IMG/VR virus record: IMGVR_UViG_3300028030_000010
Span: 12,441 to 76,440 of that record
Direction: 5' to 3' (one strand)
Length of the DNA stretch: 64,000 bases
DNA from: a virus
In this document: in pieces, positions 9,635 through 20,148 of the stretch
How positions within the stretch are numbered: position 1 is the first letter of the stretch
Layout of the letters: every line of letters begins with the position of its first letter
Program-made: the position numbers and the translations under genes
The notes under the pieces: generated by a model
Told to the model about the DNA's origin: nothing
What the model saw: only the letters and a program-made list of their open reading frames with translations
Databases searched by the model: none

Positions 9635-10661
9635 AAAACTTCAACTTGTTATACAAGAGTATGAGAAGCTTAAAAAGCAATTGATTCCTGTAACAAAAGT
9701 TACATTAGAAGGCGATAATTTAATTTTTTTTCAAAATCAGCCTTTAAAAGAACTAAAAGACAATCAGTCTATAAATTTTGAAAATATAGGAGAAATGGTT
9801 GAGTATTTGATAAAGGATATTTTAGAGTATGTGGAAAGTATTAAAAATTTGTCTACTGCAATAAATCGAGAAAACGACTTAAATAAGGAATACTTAATAA
9901 TAAACACTAGCGATTCTACTTTCCTGAAATTAAATCCTATTTCTCCAGACACTTATTATGCGTACAATTTAATTAATTATAAAGATATAGCTGAATTTAG
10001 AACTTTAATTGATCAAGTAATGGTTAAAACAAACTTTATTTTACAAAGAGAAAATGGCACTTCTGTAAATATAGAGCCAATCGTAATGTTACTAGATGCA
10101 TCAAACAAAACAATTAAACGTTTTACCGAAAATTTGCCCTTTAGCATCACTTCTATTTTTAGCCTGATTTTAATAGGCATTAAAACAAAAGAAAAATTAA
10201 CAAAAGATGAAAAACTAAAAATTGTTTCTGATTATTCTATAGAGCTTAGATTTAATTCTTTAAAAAAAGAAATTTACAATGGAAAGTTATATGATTTTGA
10301 AGTTATTCAAGTCCCTGAAACTATTAATGAAGAAGTAATATTTGTTTTTAACTTAATTGATTTATTTAAAAACATTGTAGATGTTAAAACATTCAAAAAT
10401 AAAGAATATAGTTTGAGTTCTAACAATCAGACATTTGGAGATGTAGAAAATGATTTTTTGAAGATTGTAAAAATAAATGAAGAAATTATTCCCGTATCTA
10501 TCTGGGAAAGAATATTTGTTTATAAAGATTTCAACAGATACAAATTACCCTTTGATATGAAATTTCAGATTTACAAATCTCCATCTAAAGGAGAATATGT
10601 TTATTTTCCGTCTGGAGCAGACTTGGTAAAAAAACTCAAGGAGACAATAGATGAAATTTGA
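9627..10661 (+). CDS. Hypothetical protein
   Basis: GAGG RBS; overlaps the upstream stop. Confidence 0.7.
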   Translation: MNKKLQLVIQEYEKLKKQLIPVTKVTLEGDNLIFFQNQPLKELKDNQSINFENIGEMVEYLIKDILEYVESIKNLSTAINRENDLNKEYLIINTSDSTFLKLNPISPDTYYAYNLINYKDIAEFRTLIDQVMVKTNFILQRENGTSVNIEPIVMLLDASNKTIKRFTENLPFSITSIFSLILIGIKTKEKLTKDEKLKIVSDYSIELRFNSLKKEIYNGKLYDFEVIQVPETINEEVIFVFNLIDLFKNIVDVKTFKNKEYSLSSNNQTFGDVENDFLKIVKINEEIIPVSIWERIFVYKDFNRYKLPFDMKFQIYKSPSKGEYVYFPSGADLVKKLKETIDEI

Positions 10662-11901
10662 GATGAAATATATGTTTTATTTAGATGATTTTTGCATGTC
10701 TGCTCAATTTGTTGTTGAACAGTTAAATTATTTGGAAAACACTATCAGTTCCTTTCTATCAAAAAAAAAGCCAATTGTTTATATAGGAAACAAAACTAAC
10801 AATATTTACATTTATCAGAGTTTATTCAACAGGCACGATAGTTCATTTGAATTTAGTGAATTGCGTGTCGAGTTCAATAAAAACTTAAATATTTTAGTTA
10901 ATTACAACCAAACTGTTTTAGAAGAATCTCTATTTTTAAAAGATTATACTTTTCATTTGTTTGAATCTTTAGACAAAGTTTTTATTAATAAAAATATAAA
11001 CACTGCTTCTGTAAACTGGTTTTATACACACGATATCAAAACCAGTGACATTAAAGATAATAGTTTCTTTTCTATTGAAATAGCTAATTTATTGTTTTAC
11101 AAAAACAAAAATGAACTTTTCAAATCTGTCGAGGTAACTAAAGAAATAAATAATTTACCTACAAAGAAAAATTTATCGGAACAATTTAATTTGTTAACAA
11201 GCAAAACTATTGTGTGTGAAATAAGAGGCTTCCAAGGGGATAATGCGTCTTTACAAGATATAGATTTTAAAAGCAAAATTCCAATAGAAATAAACACAGA
11301 AGTCATAACATCAAATAATATAATAGAGGATTTGTCAAACATAGAAACAAATAATTCTTTTTTTATAAGAAGAGATTTAACAAATGTTGAACAATTGAAG
11401 ATAAAAGACAAAGAAATATTAGAAGATGATGATGTTTTAAACACTAAAGAAATTAACAATCTGTTAAAGAATTACAAGGATATAAATGATTATACAATTG
11501 ATTCGTCTTATTCTGTAAAAAATTCTACAGAAAGTAATCATGCTGCAACAGCTAGCAAAGTTGTTTCTATTATTAAAACATATTTAGAAGAATTTTACTT
11601 TTCGACAATTGAGAAATCAATTGACAATCTACCCACAACTAATGTATTGAAATTGATAAAATTTTACGAGGATAAAATTAAAGAAATAAAATCTGAATAT
11701 CTTTTGTTAGAGGACTATTCTTTAACAGAATTTCATACTCACAATAACTATTGTTTAAAAACAAGTAATCCTTTAACTTTTACTCTTCAAAAGAAATGTA
11801 TAGATGCTAAAATTTCTATTGAAGATAGCAATAAAGTTATGACCAAAAATGTTTTAAAATGTTGGCTAAAACAATGTTTAGATGAAAGGGCAAGCCTATG
11901 A
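10651..11901 (+). CDS. Hypothetical protein
   Basis: AAGGAG RBS; overlapping packing. Confidence 0.7.
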   Translation: MKFEMKYMFYLDDFCMSAQFVVEQLNYLENTISSFLSKKKPIVYIGNKTNNIYIYQSLFNRHDSSFEFSELRVEFNKNLNILVNYNQTVLEESLFLKDYTFHLFESLDKVFINKNINTASVNWFYTHDIKTSDIKDNSFFSIEIANLLFYKNKNELFKSVEVTKEINNLPTKKNLSEQFNLLTSKTIVCEIRGFQGDNASLQDIDFKSKIPIEINTEVITSNNIIEDLSNIETNNSFFIRRDLTNVEQLKIKDKEILEDDDVLNTKEINNLLKNYKDINDYTIDSSYSVKNSTESNHAATASKVVSIIKTYLEEFYFSTIEKSIDNLPTTNVLKLIKFYEDKIKEIKSEYLLLEDYSLTEFHTHNNYCLKTSNPLTFTLQKKCIDAKISIEDSNKVMTKNVLKCWLKQCLDERASL

Positions 11902-12317
11902 CATATATAGACTTTCATAACCTAAATCACATAAAACCAATGGCCATTTTTAAAGCCTTACTTGATTTGTCAAATTTTAGACAAATTGCTAATACAAAAT
12001 GCAAAGTGTATAAATACATTGCATTATCCTTTATATTACTATTTAAAAAAGATATCTTTTTTACAAAGGAAAAAAGTGATGAGGTTAATATAAATCTGCA
12101 AGAGTTGTTAAAATCGCTAAAAAGCAATCGCAATATTAGCAGAATAGTTTCTGAAATAAAAAAAACAAAAGAATGTGTTTTTCTTCCTGAATTAGTTGAT
12201 CTCGTAGATCAAGACGATTGGTTGTCGTTGTTGCATATTTTAAAATCAGCAAACAAGTTAGATTGCGTAAAAGATGCATTGGATTATTTAAAAAGCAATT
12301 TTAAGGACTACGAATGA
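11898..12317 (+). CDS. Hypothetical protein
   Basis: ATGA start/stop overlap. Confidence 0.65.
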   Translation: MTYIDFHNLNHIKPMAIFKALLDLSNFRQIANTKCKVYKYIALSFILLFKKDIFFTKEKSDEVNINLQELLKSLKSNRNISRIVSEIKKTKECVFLPELVDLVDQDDWLSLLHILKSANKLDCVKDALDYLKSNFKDYE

Positions 12318-12754
12318 AAATAGAAATAGTTTCTCTTGATAAATATGTTTTTAATGATTCTGTAAAACTTTTGCAAAGATTTTATAAAGAATTTAAAGGT
12401 GAGCTTATACATAGGATAGAAGCAGAAGAGATTTTAAAAAATCCAAACAACCAAACATATGTTTTATTAGTAGAAAATGAAGTAAGAGGATTATATGTTT
12501 TTCAACCATTCAATGAAGTGTATATAGTTAAAGCATTTATTTTACACCCATTGGTGAGAAGAACAAAAACTGGATATAGACTTTGGAAACATATGAAAGA
12601 GAAATTAAGCAAAAAACCTGCTATAATAGGAATTATTAGAAACAATAACCTTATTAAATCTATAATCAAAAAAAGAGGCCATTACATTGGAAGCGGTCTA
12701 GACAATGAGGGGCACGCATTAGATTTTTACAACTTATCTTTTAAAGGAATGTAA
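12314..12754 (+). CDS. GNAT-family acetyltransferase-like protein
   Basis: YVLLVENEVRGL...AFILHPLVRRTKTGYRLW resembles GNAT motif A; TAATG-coupled to the RNAP gene. Confidence 0.6.
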   Translation: MKIEIVSLDKYVFNDSVKLLQRFYKEFKGELIHRIEAEEILKNPNNQTYVLLVENEVRGLYVFQPFNEVYIVKAFILHPLVRRTKTGYRLWKHMKEKLSKKPAIIGIIRNNNLIKSIIKKRGHYIGSGLDNEGHALDFYNLSFKGM

Positions 12755-14520
12755 TGCAAGGAACAGCTGGAGTAATTTTATTAAATTCATTAATGCCAAA
12801 AGATATCCAATTCGACCCTAAAAAACCAATAACAAAAAAAATATACACTCAAAAACTGTCGGAGTTTGCTTCAAAATACCCTGAACTCTACAAAGAAAGA
12901 ATCCATGAAATTACAGCTTTGGCAGAAAAGATGGCATTTTATTTAGGAGCAAATGTTGGTACAAAAGACTTAAAAATAGCTGAAAAAGAAGTTGAAAAAC
13001 ATATAAAGGAAATTGAGAAATCATTTAACAAAGCAAAATCTGTAAAAGAAAAAAAGAAAATTCTAATGAAAGCTTTTAATGAAGCTCAAGAAACTATAAA
13101 AAAGATGGAAGATCCTAACAATGAAATGCTTTTACAAATCAAATCTTCCGCAAGAGGTAAACCAGCTCAATTTGCAAGAATGTCTTGGGCACCTTTTTAT
13201 GCAGTAGACATGGATCAAACCCCAAAGCCTATTTTGATTAAAAACAATTTCGTTAAAGGTTTAAATCCTCAAGAATATTTTGCTGTTGCAGCACAAGGAA
13301 GATTCTCAGCCGTTCAAACAGCAAATGCAACTTCAGAACCTGGAGAGTTTGGAAAAGTATTAGTAGCAAACACAGATGACCAGGTCATCACAATGAAAGA
13401 TTGTGGCACAAAAAATGGAATTTGCATGGATCCTCAAGACCATCATATAGTTGGTAGATTTGAAGCTGGAACCAATAAACTAATTGATGAAGAGTATTGG
13501 AAAAAACTTAAAAATGATAAAAACATTAAATGTGTAAAAGTTAGAAGCCCTATAACATGTGAAGCACCAAGAGGAATATGTGCGATGTGTTATGGACTAA
13601 AGCCTGACGGTAGACTTCCATCTATAGGAGAGGAAGTAGGTATAGTAGCTGCACAAAGCATTGGCGAACCTTTAACTCAGATGGTTTTAAGCACTAAACA
13701 TAGCGTAGGAGCAAAAGAAGAAGATCCTCATAAATTGCAAGGCATGGAAGGTTTTAAAATAGTGGTTAATTCTCCTGATAGATTTAAACAAAAAGCCCCA
13801 GTAGCACCTAGATCTGGAATCGTTACCAAAATAGAAGCATCACCTCAAGGTGGTTATCTGATTTATATAGGTGACGCCAAGAAACCTGTACACGTAGATG
13901 CTGGTAAGAAGATTTTGGTTAAAAAGGGGGATTATGTATACAAAGGGCAACAATTATCAGAAGGAGTCGCATCGGTAAAAGATGTACTACAAACTAGAGG
14001 TCTTGGTGCTGCACGTAAACATGAAGCCGATTTATTACATGAAACATTTTTAAATTCTACAGGTAGAGACTTGAATAAAAAACATTTTGAAGTTATTGCT
14101 AGAGGACATTTATCTTTAGGTAAAGATGAATTAGGAGATATAGCTGATGTAAATGCTGCACTAAAAAACTACCCAAGCATAAAAATGAAAAAGATGGTTT
14201 CTCCAGAATTAGCTAACGGAAAATATTATTTAGCAGAAAGTGTAGATGTGTTTTTAAAAGGAACTCCAATTGATGATTTTGTAATAAAAACCTTACAAAT
14301 GCACAATATACACCAAATATATGTCACAGAACAAAAGCCTCCTGTAAAACCTATTTACAAAACATTAGTAATGCGCCCTAACTTTAACAGAAATCTATTT
14401 GCAAAACTTAACTATAGGTATCTACAAAAAGCTATGTTAGATGAAGTAAAAAGAGGCAAAGGATTTAAAACAGAAGATATTGTTTCTGGAAGAGAAAAAC
14501 ATACCGCCCATAAATTATAG
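12754..14520 (+). CDS. rpoC: RNA polymerase beta' subunit, C-terminal half (bridge helix, Zn site, trigger loop)
   Basis: SSARGKPAQ, NFVKGLNPQEYF, TANATSEPG, DCGT, VRSPITC...CAMCYG, GEEVGIVAAQSIGEPLTQ...KH, KHFEVIAR. Confidence 0.95.
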   Translation: MQGTAGVILLNSLMPKDIQFDPKKPITKKIYTQKLSEFASKYPELYKERIHEITALAEKMAFYLGANVGTKDLKIAEKEVEKHIKEIEKSFNKAKSVKEKKKILMKAFNEAQETIKKMEDPNNEMLLQIKSSARGKPAQFARMSWAPFYAVDMDQTPKPILIKNNFVKGLNPQEYFAVAAQGRFSAVQTANATSEPGEFGKVLVANTDDQVITMKDCGTKNGICMDPQDHHIVGRFEAGTNKLIDEEYWKKLKNDKNIKCVKVRSPITCEAPRGICAMCYGLKPDGRLPSIGEEVGIVAAQSIGEPLTQMVLSTKHSVGAKEEDPHKLQGMEGFKIVVNSPDRFKQKAPVAPRSGIVTKIEASPQGGYLIYIGDAKKPVHVDAGKKILVKKGDYVYKGQQLSEGVASVKDVLQTRGLGAARKHEADLLHETFLNSTGRDLNKKHFEVIARGHLSLGKDELGDIADVNAALKNYPSIKMKKMVSPELANGKYYLAESVDVFLKGTPIDDFVIKTLQMHNIHQIYVTEQKPPVKPIYKTLVMRPNFNRNLFAKLNYRYLQKAMLDEVKRGKGFKTEDIVSGREKHTAHKL

Positions 14521-14547
14521 TATAATTCCTAAAAAAAGGATTGAAAA

Positions 14548-15246
14548 ATGGCGGTTTTTTTCTCTAACATCCCACTCACAAAAGAAACTCCTCAACCAAC
14601 TATATTAGAATTGTTTGTTGCAAACGATAGTGCTTTCTCTATATTAGATAGAACTAATGAAGTTTATGAAAACAAATCCAAATTGATTAGAGATTTTGAG
14701 TTTGTTAAAAAGCCTTTCAATGAATATCAAATTCATTTGATACCTCCTGTAAAATCTGATGGATTGATTTTAGGACTTTTTATAGCAGAAGGGTTTGATT
14801 TTGAAATACAAACACAAAAAGAGCCAATTTTTAAAATTGAAAAAAACAAGTTGGAACTTTCTCTAAAAGAATTTTATGACCCAAATGAAAAAATAAAAAA
14901 AGCAACAATTGGCTTGTTCTTTCCTGGTACTGTAATTAGATATAAAATAAATGGAATACCATATAAAGATATATTAACTGAAAGAGGATGGACTTCTAAA
15001 AGAGAGACTAAATCTGTTAGTGAAGTAGCTAAGAGCTCTAAAAATGAAACCCTAGACGAATTAGAAACAAAAGAAGCGATTAAATATGCTGAAGAGTTAA
15101 TGAAGAAGGGAGAGATTAGTAAAGATTTATTTGAAAGATATAAGATTTTTAGATTAGGGTATGATGAAGGCTCAAAAAATGGTAAAATACTTTTTAATGC
15201 TTTAACAAAAGATGAAGTTAAACTTTTAAAAGAGAAAGGGTTATAA
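14548..15246 (+). CDS. Hypothetical protein
   Basis: TATAAT at 14521-14526 and AAGGA RBS. Confidence 0.7.
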   Translation: MAVFFSNIPLTKETPQPTILELFVANDSAFSILDRTNEVYENKSKLIRDFEFVKKPFNEYQIHLIPPVKSDGLILGLFIAEGFDFEIQTQKEPIFKIEKNKLELSLKEFYDPNEKIKKATIGLFFPGTVIRYKINGIPYKDILTERGWTSKRETKSVSEVAKSSKNETLDELETKEAIKYAEELMKKGEISKDLFERYKIFRLGYDEGSKNGKILFNALTKDEVKLLKEKGL

Positions 15247-17519
15247 TGAAAAGGAAAAAATCTGAACAATTCAAAGAAGCGTTAAACCAAACATTTCTAT
15301 ACAAAAAAGCAGATGATGATGTTAATGCTAATATTGCAGAATTGGTTAATGAAGAGGCTTTTGCTCAGTTGTCAAAAAAATACTCGGATATAATTCCTTA
15401 TATTATCGGGTTTAAAGAAGTTGAAAAAATAGATGATGGTACTTTATTGTCAAGTGCAGTAGTAAGCGATGGAGAGAACAGGTTAATTATTCCGATAATA
15501 TATGCTGGTGGAAAAGTTGATGCCACTTCTTATATTTATAATCCTGATACAGACATAATTTTTGCCTTAACAAAAAAAGTTATCAACTTTCTTTTTAAAA
15601 CTAATAAAGATTTAGGTGTAGCAATTGATGGTCAAAATAATAGCACTTTGGATGCTGGTAATATTAGAAAGCTATTCATTCCTCCTAAAAATTGGTCTCC
15701 AAAGATAGCTAGTAGCAACTTGTTACCATATTTAGTAGAAACTCAACCAATCATTAAAGGGTTATTGTTAGAAAAAATAGCAACTGATGAAACATTTTCT
15801 CAAATATTTAAAATTTTCTACCATGATATGGCTGAAGAGCTAGAAAAAGAAGCACAACAATTTAAAGCGTTTATAGAAACTCCTGAAATAGTTGCTTCTT
15901 CATTTGAAGAAGTAAGACATAATAACAATGTATTAAACAAAGAAGCAGCTGCTCAGGAATATGCAGAAAATGGAATATACATTCAACATGGAGAAAAATT
16001 ACCTTCTAAAAGCTTAATTAAAGTTGCCAGTGGAGATGCTCCTATCAAACAAGCATTAAATAGTGATGATATAGAAATTGTAGGAAAAAAAAGTGGATGT
16101 TTCAAAGTTGTCAACTCTTCTAATTTAACAGTTGATTTTGTGTTAAGTCTCCCTTTATTTAAGGGAGGGCCTAAAAACTATATTTTAGACTTCTTAGGTT
16201 CAGAATATTATAATGATTATTTTGATTTCATAGGAAAAGAAGATGAAAATTGTTTTGCTGCAAAAACAAACCTAATGGAAGTGTCACCACAAAATCTATT
16301 ATCGCATTTACCAAATGTAGTAATTGTTTTAATGCAAAATCAAACAAGATTTTTAGGTTTCATTCCTGTTATTAAGAAAAACCTAACTGAAAACAATATC
16401 CAGTTAATTTATAGCAACTCTAATACAATCGTAATAAATGTTTCTTACGGAAGAATAAAAAGAATAGTTGTTGAAAAAAATTCTGACAAAAATCCTATGG
16501 AAGTTGGTAATGTGCTTATAGTAGGAGATAAGAATATAGGTCTATATCTGACAGATAAAGACCCAAGAAAATATATGACATACGATGAATATGTTGCAAG
16601 AACTAAATACAACACTAATTCAAGCACTGAGATAATTAAAGTTGCATATGACGGTTCTCATTATGTTTTCAACAATAGATTATTAACACAAAAAGAATTA
16701 GCATCTTTCTTGCTTAAAGAAGGATTTGATAAATACAGCATATATTCACTTTTAAAAGAAGCTAAATCAAATGGAGAAGCAGAAGCTAAAGCGATTTCTG
16801 CAAAAATAGACACATTAGCTCAATTAATTGCAACAACTCTTGGGGAGCTTAAAAAGTTAGAAGGTAAGGTTGAAGCACTTACTCAAGGAACTCAGTTTGT
16901 TGAAAACAATGATTTGTATCAGTATACAGAGCCTATTGCGAGCGAAGACAATTACAATGAAAGCGAAACAACTCAAGAATCTCCTCAATTAGACGAACAA
17001 ACAGCAGCAGCTATACAAATGGATGCCATGAATGCACCTCAACAAGATGTTCCAACATTTTCTATGTATGATGAGGGGAAACAAATAGAAGACATTCCTG
17101 AAGAACCAGGTATAGAATATCCTCAAGCTCAAACTGAAGAAGATGCGAGCCAAGAAAATCAAGGATTAGTAAATGGTATGAATCCTTTGGCTAACCCTGA
17201 TGTTATTCAAATGTTAGTGTCTTTAAAAGATACTCCAATAATGGATGTAAGCATCTTAACATTGCTTTTAGCTAACAAAAATGTATCGTTAGTTATTCAG
17301 GATCAATTAGCAAATATTTTAAATGGTATAAATGGTTTAGGTAAAATAACTTTCAATGTTCAACTAAATTACACATCTTTAAGTGAGTCAATGGGAGATA
17401 ACAGATACAAATCTGTGTTAAACAATCTGAAAAGTCTATTTAAAAATATGACAGATTTATATGTTGACTTAGTTCAAAAAAGCGAACAATTTAAAACTCA
17501 GGAAGAAGATGAAGAATAA
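15246..17519 (+). CDS. Large protein with about eight LxKxA-type motifs and an acidic Q/E/P linker; candidate head-internal or core protein
   Basis: LYKKAD, LEKIAT, LEKEAQ, LNKEAA, LIKVAS, IIKVAY, LLKEAK. Confidence 0.5.
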   Translation: MKRKKSEQFKEALNQTFLYKKADDDVNANIAELVNEEAFAQLSKKYSDIIPYIIGFKEVEKIDDGTLLSSAVVSDGENRLIIPIIYAGGKVDATSYIYNPDTDIIFALTKKVINFLFKTNKDLGVAIDGQNNSTLDAGNIRKLFIPPKNWSPKIASSNLLPYLVETQPIIKGLLLEKIATDETFSQIFKIFYHDMAEELEKEAQQFKAFIETPEIVASSFEEVRHNNNVLNKEAAAQEYAENGIYIQHGEKLPSKSLIKVASGDAPIKQALNSDDIEIVGKKSGCFKVVNSSNLTVDFVLSLPLFKGGPKNYILDFLGSEYYNDYFDFIGKEDENCFAAKTNLMEVSPQNLLSHLPNVVIVLMQNQTRFLGFIPVIKKNLTENNIQLIYSNSNTIVINVSYGRIKRIVVEKNSDKNPMEVGNVLIVGDKNIGLYLTDKDPRKYMTYDEYVARTKYNTNSSTEIIKVAYDGSHYVFNNRLLTQKELASFLLKEGFDKYSIYSLLKEAKSNGEAEAKAISAKIDTLAQLIATTLGELKKLEGKVEALTQGTQFVENNDLYQYTEPIASEDNYNESETTQESPQLDEQTAAAIQMDAMNAPQQDVPTFSMYDEGKQIEDIPEEPGIEYPQAQTEEDASQENQGLVNGMNPLANPDVIQMLVSLKDTPIMDVSILTLLLANKNVSLVIQDQLANILNGINGLGKITFNVQLNYTSLSESMGDNRYKSVLNNLKSLFKNMTDLYVDLVQKSEQFKTQEEDEE

Positions 17520-18291
17520 CTTCATCTCTTTTTTTGACCCCTATGGAAATATTGTTATTAAACCTTCTGATAAAGAAGATAAAAAAATATGCACTCTTTT
17601 TAGTAAAATATTAAAAGGTGAGCATAAAGCATATTCTAAGTTATCAGATTTACATAAAGAAGTAATTGATTATAGAATTAATTTTTTTGCAAAAGAAGCA
17701 ATAGAGAGTTTTCTTTTTTGTGAAGATATTTCTTTATCAGAAATTGCTGAAATCTTGGAAACACAGCAAGATGTTATAGAAGAATATGGATATTGGTTTT
17801 GCAATGTGGGAAAAATAAAAACATACTTTCAAAAAAAAATATGGATAGAAACACAATTAAAAGAAATAAAAGAAAAATTAGAGCTTACTGGCTATAGAGA
17901 TGAAATTCTATTAAATGAACTAAAATCGATTTTATTTAAACGATGGGCTTTGTTGTTAGGTAAAGAATTTGTGATTTGGAAGTTTGGATTAAAAAAAATA
18001 ACTGTCTCTCCCTCTAATTTTTTAGAAACAATAGCTAAAGAAGCTTTTTTCCACTACAAAGAAATATCTTTATCAGAGAAAGATTTAGAGCACAATGAAT
18101 ATGCAAAACTCATAAATAGTTTAGTAAAAACTATAAAAGAAATCAATAGTGTTATGTCACAATCGGCTAATAATGATGATATTGTGACTTCAATCAAAGA
18201 AGCATTAGAAGTTGTATTAGTTGAAGAAGAACCTAAAAAGCAAATTCCACAATTAGATGGTGATATTGTTTGCAATTCAAAAATTAATTAA
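17509..18291 (+). CDS. Hypothetical protein with a possible HTH
   Basis: ISLSEIAEILETQQDVIEEY; function unresolved. Confidence 0.55.
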   Translation: MKNNFISFFDPYGNIVIKPSDKEDKKICTLFSKILKGEHKAYSKLSDLHKEVIDYRINFFAKEAIESFLFCEDISLSEIAEILETQQDVIEEYGYWFCNVGKIKTYFQKKIWIETQLKEIKEKLELTGYRDEILLNELKSILFKRWALLLGKEFVIWKFGLKKITVSPSNFLETIAKEAFFHYKEISLSEKDLEHNEYAKLINSLVKTIKEINSVMSQSANNDDIVTSIKEALEVVLVEEEPKKQIPQLDGDIVCNSKIN

Positions 18292-18347
18292 TTTTCTTTC
18301 AAAAAAATGTTGATTTTTTGTATAATAGCATAAAAAAAGGATGAAAC

Positions 18348-18857
18348 ATGAAACTACACAACATTTCAAACGCTTTAATTAACTTTCAAGGTAGACTTAT
18401 AGAGCCAGGAAGCAAAATTTATGTTAGCGAAGAAATTCTAGTTAAATATCAGCCATTATTATATAGATATTATGAAGAAAACAAAGCAGTGATTGAAGAT
18501 GTAAATGGAAAAAGGTTGTCTCTAGCTGAAGTTAAGAAAATAATCAATGGTTCTATTGTGCCGGATAAAAAAGTAGAAGAGCCAACTCCAAATTATTTAG
18601 ATGTTGTTAATGAAGCTAACACAGAAAACGAAACGCCTGCAGAAAACGAAACACCTGCAGAAAACGAAACACCTGCAGAGAATGAAACGCCTGCAGAGAA
18701 TGAAACGCCTGCAGAGAATGAAACGCCTGCAGAGAATGAAACACCTGCAGAGAATGAAACGCCTGAGGTTAAAACTGAAGAAAACACTGAAGGCAAAGAG
18801 TCAGAAGAACCAAAAGTTAAAACAAAAACTACAAAAAGAAGAAATGTTAAAAAATGA
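18348..18857 (+). CDS. Small head-associated-type protein with ENETPA repeats
   Basis: Own TATAAT (18321-18326) and RBS; acidic repeat then basic tail; first gene of the neck/tail operon. Confidence 0.55.
   Translation: MKLHNISNALINFQGRLIEPGSKIYVSEEILVKYQPLLYRYYEENKAVIEDVNGKRLSLAEVKKIINGSIVPDKKVEEPTPNYLDVVNEANTENETPAENETPAENETPAENETPAENETPAENETPAENETPAENETPEVKTEENTEGKESEEPKVKTKTTKRRNVKK
18624..18767 (+). repeat. Tandem repeat, 8 x 18 bp (GARAAYGAAACRCCTGCA), coding ENETPA
   Basis: Read directly; synonymous variants between units, last unit ENETPE. Confidence 0.95.
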
Positions 18858-19339
18858 GTTTAAATTATCCAAAAATAGATATAGATAAAATCAGGGAGTT
18901 CTTACAGGACTACCCTGCTTTAAATATCCTAAAAGACAATATTGAACAATTTAAAGATGAACTAATAGAGACTACTATTCCTATGGTTGTTCAAGAAGCC
19001 ATAACGAAAAAACCAGCAATAAAAGGTTATATCAGTAAAATACCTGAAGTTGTTTGGATGTATGGCATAATTGCAAAATTACTCCAGTCTGAATCTTTTG
19101 TTCAATTAAGAAATTCTATATCAGTAGCGGACAACAACACACCTGGAGCTCAGTTGTTTGGTAAACATGGAGACTACTTACAAGTAAGCAATATGTTTCA
19201 ACAACAATTTGAAATGATGTTAGATAATTTAGCTAAAAAGTTATGGTATGAAGGGCTATGGGGAAGCACTAGTTCTAACAGCATAGATGTTGAGCTAGGA
19301 GGATTGCTTGTTATTCCTAACGATTGGTGGCTTAGATGA
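18854..19339 (+). CDS. Putative head-tail adaptor (neck) protein
   Basis: IREFLQDYPALNIL N-terminus; size and position upstream of the sheath. Confidence 0.5.
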   Translation: MSLNYPKIDIDKIREFLQDYPALNILKDNIEQFKDELIETTIPMVVQEAITKKPAIKGYISKIPEVVWMYGIIAKLLQSESFVQLRNSISVADNNTPGAQLFGKHGDYLQVSNMFQQQFEMMLDNLAKKLWYEGLWGSTSSNSIDVELGGLLVIPNDWWLR

Positions 19340-20148
19340 TAAAGCTAGTTAAAACAGATGTTGATTCTGTTGGAATCTTTGTGTACAAAGAACAATTTGA
19401 GTTTGATGTTTTTGATGTCTTTAGAAAAGAAGATGATGAGTGGGTAAAAATAGAAACTTTCAATTTTATTCCTGATGAAGTATTTTATCAAATAAAAGGA
19501 AGCAATAAGTTTCATAGAGAACCTGACTCTTATTTGTACAAAACAATTTTTTATAACAAAAATGAAAAAGTAAAAGAAGCTATACTTCAACCATTTGCAT
19601 ACAATGTTCCTCATTGGCAAAGAGGGATTATTAAAATGAAAAGGTATGAGTTTTTTATAAAAGCAAAAAAGATAAATGGTAACATGGTGTTAATTTTTAA
19701 ACAGTTAGATGACAAAATACCCTGTCCTGAATGCTGGGATAGCGATCTTCAATCTAGCACAAATTCAAATTGTTCTTTGTGTGGAGGAAGTGGATATATA
19801 AAAAAATACAGCAAACCAATATTTACTTGGGGCGGCCCTTATATGAACCAACCATCCGCTCCTCCTAAAGGAACTATAGATGGACTAGATAAGTTTAATC
19901 CTCATTATGGAGCTATAGCTTCAATAACATTATTGCCTGATGTTCCGATAGAAATGTATGACCTAATTTATGTTATCAACTCTGGAGAATTAAACATTGT
20001 TCACTCGGTTTCTCAAACATACTTTCATAACCAATTAATGAGTCAGAATGTAACATGCGCTTCTTTACCTTCTGAAACAAGGGAATTTAAAGCAGTAGAA
20101 AAGGATATCGCAAAAAAAATAAAGGAAATAAATGGAATTCACCAATAA
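19336..20148 (+). CDS. Putative head-closure/neck protein with CxxC Zn ribbon
   Basis: CPECWD...CSLCGGSGY; position in the neck module. Confidence 0.5.
   Translation: MIKLVKTDVDSVGIFVYKEQFEFDVFDVFRKEDDEWVKIETFNFIPDEVFYQIKGSNKFHREPDSYLYKTIFYNKNEKVKEAILQPFAYNVPHWQRGIIKMKRYEFFIKAKKINGNMVLIFKQLDDKIPCPECWDSDLQSSTNSNCSLCGGSGYIKKYSKPIFTWGGPYMNQPSAPPKGTIDGLDKFNPHYGAIASITLLPDVPIEMYDLIYVINSGELNIVHSVSQTYFHNQLMSQNVTCASLPSETREFKAVEKDIAKKIKEINGIHQ

Noticed and set aside
15246-17519. Major capsid protein or terminase large subunit
   Set aside because: No HK97-fold or Walker A/B/nuclease motifs recognised; these genes probably lie outside the window.
18593-18888. Alternative-frame ORFs 18593-18796 (minus) and 18601-18888 (plus), or a CRISPR array
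   Set aside because: By-products of the stop-free 18-bp tandem repeat; no spacers and no cas genes.
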